Shown here: positions 7,476 through 15,749 of the stretch, piece after piece | Layout of the letters: the number at the start of each line of letters is the position of its first letter | Position numbering within the stretch: position 1 is the stretch's first letter | Source of the DNA: Candidatus Sulfotelmatobacter sp. | GTDB lineage: Bacteria > Acidobacteriota > Terriglobia > Terriglobales > Acidobacteriaceae | Length of the DNA: 42,538 bases | Assembly (NCBI GenBank): GCA_036521895.1 | Contig: DATDGW010000560.1 | Location: forward strand, 1 to 42,538 | Direction: 5' to 3' | Notes under the pieces: generated by a model | Seen by the model: the letters and a program-made list of their open reading frames with translations, nothing else | What the model was told of the DNA's origin: nothing | Database searches by the model: none | Translations under genes and position numbers: made by a program

Positions 7476-9476
7476 GTGGAAGGGATGTCGGGGCCGGTAG
7501 GGTCCGGGTATACTCATTGCGTCATGGGCGATTCGGGCGAAAAGGCTGTCGCCGCCATGGGTGGGGCGCGGCTCGAAGCGGTAAGTGGGCCCCTTAAAGG
7601 GACGCTCTTTCCCCTGATGGGGGATGAGATCTCGATCGGTCGAGATCCGTCCAATGAAATCTCGTTGCTCGATTCCCTGGTATCGCGGCGCCACTGCGTC
7701 ATCCGTAAGGAAGCGAGCGGATTCCGGCTTCAGGATCTGGAGAGCCGCAACAACACTTTTGTCAGCGGGGTCCCGGTAATGGATCGGGTGCTTGTGCACG
7801 GGGACCAGATCCGGGTGGGTAATTCGATCCTTGTCTTCCAAGGGTCAAATAGTGAGTCGGGTCTCGGCAATGCCTGCTTACAACTCGATGCGACTCCGGT
7901 GCCGGGCGCCGCGACCGTAATCCTGCGAAGGGAGGATGCCCGGTACCTGCAGCCTTCCCGGCCGGAAGGACTCCCCGCGACGGCTAAAACGGTTCGCGAC
8001 CTCAATGTGCTGCTCGAGTTCAGCCGGACGCTGAACTCGGTGCGCGGCCTGGCAGCTCTGCAAGAGAAGGTGCTGGAGGCGGTTCTGGCAATAGTCCCCG
8101 CGGATCAAGCTGCTGTATTGCTGACCGAAAAAGGAGTCGCTGGCTTCTCTTCGATTGTGGGTCAGCACCGCCGGCTGGGGCCCAATCAGCCGATCCATGC
8201 CAGCCAGACGATCCTGAACCGCGTGCTGGAGGAGAATCTGGCCGTACTTTCCAACGATGTCCAAAGCGACGACGCCTACCGTGAGTCCGAGAGCCTGCTG
8301 GAACGACGGGTCCACTCGGTCCTGGCTGTCCCGCTCGAAGTGCAGGAAAAGATTCTAGGAGTGATGTACCTGGACGCCAGTTCTCCGGGCGCGCGCTTCG
8401 ATTCGGACCTTCTGCAATTGGTGACGACGCTGGGAAACATCACTGCGCTCGCGATTGAAAACGCGGGGCACGTCGAGATGCTGGGAGGTGAGAACCGCCG
8501 ACTGAACGAGGAACTGAGCATACACCACAGCATGATCGGGGAAAGCAAGGCCATGCACGAGGTGTATGCATTCGTTTCCCGGGTTGCGGGGCGGGATTCG
8601 ACGGTCCTTATATCCGGCGAGAGCGGCACCGGAAAAGAACTGGTGGCGCGCGCCGTCCACATGAACAGTGGCCGGGCCGACAAGCCGTTTGTCGCTATTA
8701 ACTGCGCGGCCATTACTGAAACCTTGCTGGAAAGCGAGCTGTTCGGGCACGAACGAGGGGCGTTTACAGGCGCAGTCTCACAGAAGAAAGGGAAGCTCGA
8801 GGTCGCCGAAGGCGGCACCGTTTTTCTGGATGAGATCGGGGAGTTGGCGGTTCCGATGCAGGCCAAACTCCTCCGCGTTTTGCAGGAGAGGGAATTCGAA
8901 CGAGTAGGCGGTACCCGTCCCATCAAACTCGACGTCCGACTGATCGCCGCGACGAATCGCGAGCTGAAGGAGGCATCGCGCACGGGAGCTTTTCGACCGG
9001 ACCTCTATTATCGCCTCAATGTGGTGGCGCTTCATATGCCGGCGCTCCGCGAGCGGCGAGAGGATATCCCAATGCTGGCGGCATTCTTCGCGACGCAATA
9101 TGGCGAAAAAGTGAAGCGGAAGGTAGCGGGCATCTCTCCGCAGGCTCGTGCCTGCCTAACGAGCTATGCTTGGCCGGGCAACGTACGCGAATTGGAAAAC
9201 GCTATCGAACGAGCCGTGGTGCTGGGCTCAACCGAATTAATCCTCGCCGAGGACTTGCCGGACTCGATTTTGGAAGAAACCGCCGCCACTGGGGAACCAG
9301 TGAGCGCGCTGCACGATGGCATCCGCGAGGCGAAGAAGGTGCTGATCGAGAGGGCCATCGAGCAGGCGAATGGAAATTACACCGATGCTGCGAAAATCCT
9401 GGGAGTGCATCCCAACCATTTATTTCGTTTGGTTCGCACGCTCAACCTCAAGCCAAAAAGGCAGCGACAAGGGTAA
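7476..9476 (+). CDS. sigma-54-dependent transcriptional activator with FHA-GAF-AAA+-Fis HTH architecture
   Basis: The FHA signature is [29 protein letters not shown]-like middle region follows. The AAA+ domain has Walker A GESGTGKE and the sigma-54 contact loop GAFTGA (8757..8774). A C-terminal Fis-type HTH is present ([18 protein letters not shown]). The ORF maximum starts at GTG 7476; the true start is more likely ATG 7524 or 7557 ([15 protein letters not shown]). Confidence 0.9.
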   Translation: MEGMSGPVGSGYTHCVMGDSGEKAVAAMGGARLEAVSGPLKGTLFPLMGDEISIGRDPSNEISLLDSLVSRRHCVIRKEASGFRLQDLESRNNTFVSGVPVMDRVLVHGDQIRVGNSILVFQGSNSESGLGNACLQLDATPVPGAATVILRREDARYLQPSRPEGLPATAKTVRDLNVLLEFSRTLNSVRGLAALQEKVLEAVLAIVPADQAAVLLTEKGVAGFSSIVGQHRRLGPNQPIHASQTILNRVLEENLAVLSNDVQSDDAYRESESLLERRVHSVLAVPLEVQEKILGVMYLDASSPGARFDSDLLQLVTTLGNITALAIENAGHVEMLGGENRRLNEELSIHHSMIGESKAMHEVYAFVSRVAGRDSTVLISGESGTGKELVARAVHMNSGRADKPFVAINCAAITETLLESELFGHERGAFTGAVSQKKGKLEVAEGGTVFLDEIGELAVPMQAKLLRVLQEREFERVGGTRPIKLDVRLIAATNRELKEASRTGAFRPDLYYRLNVVALHMPALRERREDIPMLAAFFATQYGEKVKRKVAGISPQARACLTSYAWPGNVRELENAIERAVVLGSTELILAEDLPDSILEETAATGEPVSALHDGIREAKKVLIERAIEQANGNYTDAAKILGVHPNHLFRLVRTLNLKPKRQRQG

Positions 9477-9508
9477 GCGGAATGATCCGGCTATAATTAC
9501 CCGATCCT

Positions 9509-12205
9509 ATGGCTCTTTCCTCAGGCACCCGATTCGGTCCCTACGAAATCCTCTCTCCTGTTGGCGCTGGCGGGATGGGGGAGGTCTATCGGGCCAAGGA
9601 TACCCGCCTCGACCGCACTGTCGCCATTAAGGTTCTGCCCGCGCATCTTTCCTCTGACCCGGAATTGAAACAGCGCCTGGAGCGCGAGGCCAAGGCTATT
9701 TCTGCGCTGCAGCACGCGAATATCTGCACGCTTTACGATATCGGCACGCAGGACGGCACCACCTTCCTGGTCATGGAGTTTCTCGAAGGCCAGACTCTTG
9801 CGGAGCGTCTGGCAAAAGGTGCACTGCCCCTAGATCAGGTTCTGAAGATCGGTACGGAAATCGCGCAGGCCCTGGAGAAAGCGCATCAACAAGGAATTGT
9901 CCACCGTGATCTGAAACCGGCGAACGTCATGCTGACGAAAGCCGGCGCGAAGCTGATGGACTTCGGACTGGCGAAGCCCGAGATGTCGATTGCGTCGAAG
10001 GCCGCCGGGCCGTTTACTCCCTCGACGCCCACGATGAATCTTGCTTCGCTCACAGCGGCTACGTCGCCGCTCACGCAGAAGGGTTCCATCGTCGGAACCT
10101 TTCAATATATGGCCCCGGAAGTTCTGCAAGGAGCAGAAGCCGACGCGCGCAGCGATCTGTTCAGCTTCGGCTGCGTTCTCTACGAAATGGTGACCGGTCG
10201 CCGCGCATTCGAAGGCAAATCGCAACTCAGCGTATTCACTGCCATTTTGGAAAAAGATCCGGAGCCCATCAGGGCCAGCCAGCCTTTGACGCCGGCCATG
10301 CTTGAACGCGTGGTGGGCGCATGCCTCGCCAAAGATCCCGCCGATCGGTTCCAATCGGCGCACGACGTTGCGATGGATCTGCGCTGGCTCGCGGAAGCTG
10401 CGCCGGCGGAATCCGCAAGACCAGCTTCGCTGTTCAACAAGTCCTGGACTGCCGGATGGGCAGCCTTTCTGTTTGGATTCGTTGCCCTCGCCGGACTCGC
10501 CGGATACCGCTGGGCAAGATCCTCAGGGGATCGTGTATCGATCCACGCCGAAGTTCCCATGTCGGACAAGTTTTCCCTGGATGCCACCGGGGACGCAGGG
10601 GGCATGCCCGTGCTTTCCCCACAGGGCGACAAAATCGCCTTCGTCGCTCACTCGGGTGAAACCAAGCTGCTGTGGGTGCGCTCGCTCAGCACCGATTCGG
10701 CGCAAGCCCTCGAAAGCACCAACGGCGCTGTGCATCCTTTCTGGTCACCGGATGGCCGCTACATCGGGTTCTTTGCTGACGGCAAGTTGATGAAGATCGC
10801 CGCCACGGGGGGCCCGGTCGCGGTCTTGGCCGATGCTCCCAATTCACGCGGAGGAACTTGGGGCGTCAGCGACGTGATTGTGTTCAGCCCAGATTTTCAA
10901 GGTGCGCTGGCAAAAGTAGGCGCCCAGGGGGGTCCAGCAACCCCAGCGACGGTGATCGATAAAGCGAAGCACTCCACGCATCGCTGGCCCTGGTTCCTGC
11001 CCGACGGCAAACATTTTATTTTTCTGGCAACTAGTCACAGCGGAGGCGATCCCAAGCAGAACGGAATCTACTTCGGGTCAATCGACAGCTCGGAGACCCA
11101 CCTGGTGGTGGTGTCCGATGCGGCGGCAGAGTATGCATCTGGCTATCTCCTCTACCCGGCCAACACGGCTCTGGTGGCACAAACTTTCGATCCACAAAAG
11201 GGCAGATTGTCCGCGTCCCCCATTCCGCTGGTGAACAACCTGCGCAACGATGTGGGTGTGTGGCGCAGCATTTTCGCGGTCTCGCAGGACGGACTCTTGA
11301 TCTACCAGGCGGGCCGGGCGGCCGCGGCAAACAGCCGGATGGTGTGGTTCGACCGTTCGGGCAAGGCGCTAGCGGACTTCGATCCTCATGAGGCCTCGGT
11401 GATTGATGTGCGCCTCTCACCCGATAACAAGCGAGTTGCATTCGCAAGCGGACTCGGTATTTGGACGTTCGACCTTGAGCGCAAGACCAAGACGCGCATC
11501 ACCTTCGACCAACAGTTGGTGCGGGAACCCGCATGGTCTCGGGACGGCAAAGCGCTGGTATTCTCAGCGCAAGTCACCGCAGGCGGCGGCAACGTTGAAA
11601 TCCGCTCCAAAGCCGCCGATGGCAGTGGCAGCGAAAAGACATTGTTTGCCGAGCAGAACAACTTCCACTTCCCGGACTGGTCGCCCGACGGGAAATACCT
11701 AACCTACCTTTGGGGCGATGGCGAAAAGATGGTGTCGCTGTGGATACGCCCCGCCACCGGAGAGGGCAAGCCGGTTGCAGTCGTGGAACCGCCATCGCAG
11801 CAATCCAATATTTACTTTTATCGAATTTCGCCGGATGGCCACTGGGTCGCCTACGCGTCGGACGAATCCGGACAGCAGGAGCTTTACATCACGAGCTTCC
11901 CGGAGGGCAAAGGGAAATGGAAGATTTCATCGGGTGGCGGGTATTACGCAGCCTGGAGCGGAAATAGTAAAGAACTCTTCTATTCGGCTCTGACTGACGA
12001 CTTCTACGCTTGTCCCGTAACCCCAAAGGGAGCGGAGATCGAAGTCGGCACACCGCAGCATCTGTTCCACACCACGTTGCCCGCGGTCGGCGTATTGTTC
12101 GACGTGTCGTCCGACGGAAAGCGGTTGCTGGTGAACCACGCGGAGGAGGAGGCGCAAGCTCCGCTGCGGTTAGTCACGAACTGGCTCGCGGAGTTGAAGA
12201 AATGA
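9509..12205 (+). CDS. Hanks-type Ser/Thr protein kinase with one TM segment and a periplasmic TolB/DPP-IV-N-like double beta-propeller
   Basis: Kinase motifs are GAGGMGEVYRA, VAIK, HRDLKPANVM, DFGLAK and the APE-like YMAPE. The TM segment is WAAFLFGFVALAGLAGY. Repeated SPDG/SPQG..F blades follow, and the C-terminus is LRLVTNWLAELKK. The gene starts 32 nt after the activator stop on the same strand. Confidence 0.9.
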   Translation: MALSSGTRFGPYEILSPVGAGGMGEVYRAKDTRLDRTVAIKVLPAHLSSDPELKQRLEREAKAISALQHANICTLYDIGTQDGTTFLVMEFLEGQTLAERLAKGALPLDQVLKIGTEIAQALEKAHQQGIVHRDLKPANVMLTKAGAKLMDFGLAKPEMSIASKAAGPFTPSTPTMNLASLTAATSPLTQKGSIVGTFQYMAPEVLQGAEADARSDLFSFGCVLYEMVTGRRAFEGKSQLSVFTAILEKDPEPIRASQPLTPAMLERVVGACLAKDPADRFQSAHDVAMDLRWLAEAAPAESARPASLFNKSWTAGWAAFLFGFVALAGLAGYRWARSSGDRVSIHAEVPMSDKFSLDATGDAGGMPVLSPQGDKIAFVAHSGETKLLWVRSLSTDSAQALESTNGAVHPFWSPDGRYIGFFADGKLMKIAATGGPVAVLADAPNSRGGTWGVSDVIVFSPDFQGALAKVGAQGGPATPATVIDKAKHSTHRWPWFLPDGKHFIFLATSHSGGDPKQNGIYFGSIDSSETHLVVVSDAAAEYASGYLLYPANTALVAQTFDPQKGRLSASPIPLVNNLRNDVGVWRSIFAVSQDGLLIYQAGRAAAANSRMVWFDRSGKALADFDPHEASVIDVRLSPDNKRVAFASGLGIWTFDLERKTKTRITFDQQLVREPAWSRDGKALVFSAQVTAGGGNVEIRSKAADGSGSEKTLFAEQNNFHFPDWSPDGKYLTYLWGDGEKMVSLWIRPATGEGKPVAVVEPPSQQSNIYFYRISPDGHWVAYASDESGQQELYITSFPEGKGKWKISSGGGYYAAWSGNSKELFYSALTDDFYACPVTPKGAEIEVGTPQHLFHTTLPAVGVLFDVSSDGKRLLVNHAEEEAQAPLRLVTNWLAELKK

Positions 12206-12343
12206 TTCGAGTGCGGGATTCTGTAAACGAATCTGGGTTGCGTGGGGGACATGCACCGGTCAGTCTTGAGGATACGAACCTTCTGGGATAAGTGACATCG
12301 GGCAACACGGCTTCTTTTTAATCCCTACAAGGAGGTCTAACAG

Positions 12344-12736
12344 ATGCTCAAATCGATCGCAGTCGTGGTTGGCGCGTACCTGCTGTCGGTTGTTCTAGTC
12401 GTGTCATCGGACCCATTGCTTTCTCGGCTGTTCCCGGGCGATTTCGTCCGAGGCCGCGTCCCCTCTGACACTGCCCTCATGGCGAGCACCGGGTTCTTCG
12501 TCGTCGTCTCGATCCTGTGCGCCTGGCTCTGCGCCCGCTTTGCGCCGAAACCGGCAGCGCGCCATCTGCTCTGGTTCTTCATCATCGGGGAAGTGATGGG
12601 AATCGTCGCGACTATTCCCAATTGGGGCAAGGGCTGGCCGCACTGGTACTGGTTGTCCTGGTTGCTTACTTGGCCGGTGAGCTGCTGGATGGGCCTGCTG
12701 CTGGCTGGACGCCGGACTGAAGCGCGGACGGCGTAA
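12344..12736 (+). CDS. small integral membrane protein (about 4 TM), function unknown
   Basis: A strong RBS (AAGGAGG) lies 8 nt before the ATG. Four hydrophobic stretches are visible. No family was recognised. Confidence 0.7.
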   Translation: MLKSIAVVVGAYLLSVVLVVSSDPLLSRLFPGDFVRGRVPSDTALMASTGFFVVVSILCAWLCARFAPKPAARHLLWFFIIGEVMGIVATIPNWGKGWPHWYWLSWLLTWPVSCWMGLLLAGRRTEARTA

Positions 12737-12762
12737 GTTCTCACGCAGTGTTGGAGTGGAGT

Positions 12763-15324
12763 TTACTTCAGGCCGCGCACCAGAAACAGATTGGCAAGAT
12801 CACGCTGGAAGGTTGTCGCGCAAGCCTTTCCGTCTGCTGACAACGCCAATGGCCCGAGGAACTGAGCTCCTGGTTCAGGAACCTTCACTACCAGCCAAGG
12901 TTCTTTGCGACGCGTGGTCACCCCGAGACGGCTGATCTTGATGCTGGCGGGCCCGCGCTGTTGCAGGAACAGGTATCGTCCGTCACCGCTCCATCGCACG
13001 ACGCTTTCTCCTTGCAAGTCGGCGATGGTTTTGGAATCTCCGCCGCCAACCGGAGAGAGCAGCAGCTTGTGCGGGTCCACGGTGATGAACCACTTGCCGT
13101 CGGGCGAGACCCGCGTGCCACGCGTTCCTTCGGGCGTGAGAGGAGTCGATTTGTTTGTTTCCAGGTCGTACATCCACGTGCGGGTTGTGTGACCGGTTTC
13201 ATTGCCAGTGAACAGGATGTGCTTGTTGTCGGGGAACCACTCCACGCCATCGAAGTGCATGCCTTCAATTTTTGGGAAGCGCGATTCCCCGGGGCCGGTC
13301 GGAAGCAACATCAGACTCGACGTCCCCCCCTCATGGTGGATGCAGGCCACCCACTTCCCATCCGGCGAAAGCGAAGGCCGGTTCCCGGAGCCCAGCTGTA
13401 TGGCGGGAGAACCGTCTGTCTTCCTCAAATAGATTGCGGAGTTGCGCCCCTGGCCGCTGGAAAGCTCGACGAAGACAATGGATTGGGCGTCACTGGAAAG
13501 GTCATACATCAAGGAAGAATCGAGCCACGCCAGATCGCGTTGTGCCGTCCCGTTCGGCGGTAAATAGTGGATGCCTAGACGGGAATTGACCGTGGTCAGC
13601 AGGACGCGGCCATCCCGGGCTACATCCTGCATCACAATCATTCCGCCAGTTTGAGAAACCAGTCGCTGCGCACCGGAGAGGGTCACCGCGTAGAGTGCGG
13701 GATCGCCGCCGGGCTGGCCACCAGAGAACCAGACTTCGCGATTGTCCGGTGACCAGTTCAAGGCGCCGATGGCACGCCATCCCCGGGAAAGAACCTGCCG
13801 CGGATGGTTTGGTCCAATCACGCAGAGGGCATAGTCGCCGACTTCGACGTCAAAATCGAAGAACGCAACCAGCTTTCCGTCCGCCGAAACTCGCGGCATC
13901 ATGGGTGGCCGCTTTTCCGTCTCGTACAACACCGTCCCGATGGGATATTCGAGCCGGAACTTTCCGCCGACAACGCGCACTACGGCGAGCGACTCCCCGT
14001 CCGGCCCCCAATCCGCGCCGCTCACGCCTTCAAGCACCTCGCGCGGAGCTCCGCCACCAAACGGCACGCGGGCCAACGTGCCGACATCCTCTCCCCCGAG
14101 AAGAATCGCCATCTCGCCGCTGGGCGAGATCGCGAGCACGCGCCCACTGGGTAGCACCAAGGGCTGGGCTTCGCGATTGCCAGGCTGCGCGGAAAATAAC
14201 GTGGAGGGTGCGCCATCCCACTCGGCACTGTAGACAACCGTGTCCCCGGGAGCGAACTTGGCGGAGGTGACATCCCCACGGCGAAACGTCAAACGCCGGT
14301 ATGACGGTGGCTCGGGAGGTGGACTGTATCTCCGTTCATAGGAGATGCGCAACCCGAGCCCAAGCAAGATTCCAGCCAGCAACCCTGCGCCGATCCAGAG
14401 CCGGATGTGAGATGTGTTACGTGGGCGTGGATTTGGCGCGAGTGCGAAGTTACTGAAATCCATTTCTTCCCGCAACTCTTCGAGGGCCACTTTCACGTCC
14501 GCCATGGTTTGCCAGCGGCGTTCAGGATCTTTCTTCAGGCAGCGGCTGATGATGCGGTCTAGCTCCGGCGGAACATCCGCTACGGCTTGCGAGGCCGGTT
14601 GTGGATCCTTGTAGAGCACCGCCGATAGCGACGACAGCTTGGAGCCACCCGCGAACGCACGTTGGCCCGTAGCCATTTCATAGAGCACGGAGCCGAACGA
14701 AAAAACGTCGGACCGGGTGTCGACCTTCTTGCCGTCGGCCTGCTCGGGAGACATGTAGGCGACGGTTCCGAGGATAGTACCTTCCTCAGTGAGCGGGGAC
14801 GCTTCGCCGTGCAGAGTTTCGGCGTAGGCGTCGGCACCGGCTGGTTCGCTGAGCTTGGCCAATCCGAAATCCAGAATCTTGACTACGCCCAGCGGCGTGA
14901 CGATCACATTCGAGGGCTTCAGATCGCGATGCACGATTCCAGCCGCGTGCGCAGCGGCCAACGCATCCGCGATCTGCACGGCATACTTCAACACATCGCG
15001 GATCCGGAGCCCCTTGCGCCCGATCAGGTGATCGAGCGTATCTCCCGCCACGTACTCCATGGCGATGTATTGGATCGGCTTTCCGTCGACTTCCTGCGTG
15101 TCGATGTCGTAGATCGTGACGATGTTCGGATGGTTGAGAGATGACGCGGCCTTGGCTTCCTGCACGAAGCGTCGTTCGCGGTCTGCATTCAGGGCGGCCG
15201 TGGAGAGAATCTTGATGGCAGCAGTTCGGCCAAGACGAGAATCCACCGCCCTATAGACCACACCCATGCCACCGGCCCCCAACTTGGCCTCAATGCGGTA
15301 CGAGCGAAGTGATTTGCCGATCAT
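12763..15324 (-). CDS. Hanks-type Ser/Thr protein kinase with a TM segment and a TolB-like beta-propeller sensor (second paralog)
   Basis: Kinase motifs are GAGGMGVVYRA, AAIK, HRDLKPSNVI, DFGLAK and YMSPE. The TM segment is IGAGLLAGILLGLGL. SPDG/SADG blades follow. The ORF maximum is 15354; ATG 15324 (MIGKSLRSYRI) gives the usual short N-terminus. Confidence 0.9.
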   Translation of the reverse strand: MIGKSLRSYRIEAKLGAGGMGVVYRAVDSRLGRTAAIKILSTAALNADRERRFVQEAKAASSLNHPNIVTIYDIDTQEVDGKPIQYIAMEYVAGDTLDHLIGRKGLRIRDVLKYAVQIADALAAAHAAGIVHRDLKPSNVIVTPLGVVKILDFGLAKLSEPAGADAYAETLHGEASPLTEEGTILGTVAYMSPEQADGKKVDTRSDVFSFGSVLYEMATGQRAFAGGSKLSSLSAVLYKDPQPASQAVADVPPELDRIISRCLKKDPERRWQTMADVKVALEELREEMDFSNFALAPNPRPRNTSHIRLWIGAGLLAGILLGLGLRISYERRYSPPPEPPSYRRLTFRRGDVTSAKFAPGDTVVYSAEWDGAPSTLFSAQPGNREAQPLVLPSGRVLAISPSGEMAILLGGEDVGTLARVPFGGGAPREVLEGVSGADWGPDGESLAVVRVVGGKFRLEYPIGTVLYETEKRPPMMPRVSADGKLVAFFDFDVEVGDYALCVIGPNHPRQVLSRGWRAIGALNWSPDNREVWFSGGQPGGDPALYAVTLSGAQRLVSQTGGMIVMQDVARDGRVLLTTVNSRLGIHYLPPNGTAQRDLAWLDSSLMYDLSSDAQSIVFVELSSGQGRNSAIYLRKTDGSPAIQLGSGNRPSLSPDGKWVACIHHEGGTSSLMLLPTGPGESRFPKIEGMHFDGVEWFPDNKHILFTGNETGHTTRTWMYDLETNKSTPLTPEGTRGTRVSPDGKWFITVDPHKLLLSPVGGGDSKTIADLQGESVVRWSGDGRYLFLQQRGPASIKISRLGVTTRRKEPWLVVKVPEPGAQFLGPLALSADGKACATTFQRDLANLFLVRGLK

Positions 15325-15687
15325 GCGTATAGCCCTGGAACCCTTTGGCCGCACCTTGCGGGGGCACGAAATCTACTGATTCGCGGCCGCAACAAATCAA
15401 AAATTCAAATGAAGGTCGTCACAAGACGACAAAGAAAGAACTCAAGAGAAGCAGGTGCGGACGACGATATGCTCATGCTTGCTGAGCCTGTGTGACAGCA
15501 ATTCTACCGCAGAAGGGCGGTATCTTGCTCTTTACTGTGCGGGTCACATTATTCATTTGCCGAAGGACCCCCATGCGAGATCGGGCGTTGCCTTTTCATG
15601 CGCGCTGCCATTCGTTCGATGCCCTACACGGGGTGCGCCCTTTGCAACACTACACAACTGGTGGATGTCATGCTCATTGATTGAGTC

Positions 15688-15715
15688 TTGACATCGGGGC
15701 TGTGGCAAATAGAAT
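15688..15715 (+). promoter_or_regulatory. candidate sigma-70 promoter for the TonB-dependent receptor
   Basis: TTGACA, a 16-nt spacer, then TAGAAT, about 35 nt upstream of the ATG at 15750. It lies inside the N-terminal extension of the track ORF, which argues for the 15750 start. Confidence 0.35.
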
Positions 15716-15749
15716 GACTGACACTTCCAAATTCATCGAGGAAAATGTC

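Noticed and set aside
7177-7500. 107-aa plus-strand ORF antisense to the small peptide gene, and the 89-aa extended version (7074..7343) of the peptide ORF.
   Set aside because: The 107-aa ORF has no RBS and runs across the sigma-54 promoter and into the activator gene start. The 89-aa version starts upstream of the -24/-12 element, and its extra residues precede the strong AAGGAG-ATG pair. The 57-aa form is the coherent one.
9493-9498. TATAAT hexamer 11 nt before the kinase ATG, suggesting an internal promoter.
   Set aside because: No acceptable -35 element lies at 16..18 nt (AGGGTA). It would also imply an almost leaderless mRNA. Co-transcription with the activator is simpler.
15414-15429. 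Hairpin GTCGTC-acaa-GACGAC and a second one near 15505..15525 (TACCGC-agaagg-GCGGTA) in the 395-bp divergent region between the kinase and the TonB-dependent receptor.
   Set aside because: The stems are only 6 bp. There is no upstream gene to terminate on either strand and no recognisable riboswitch or sRNA signature.
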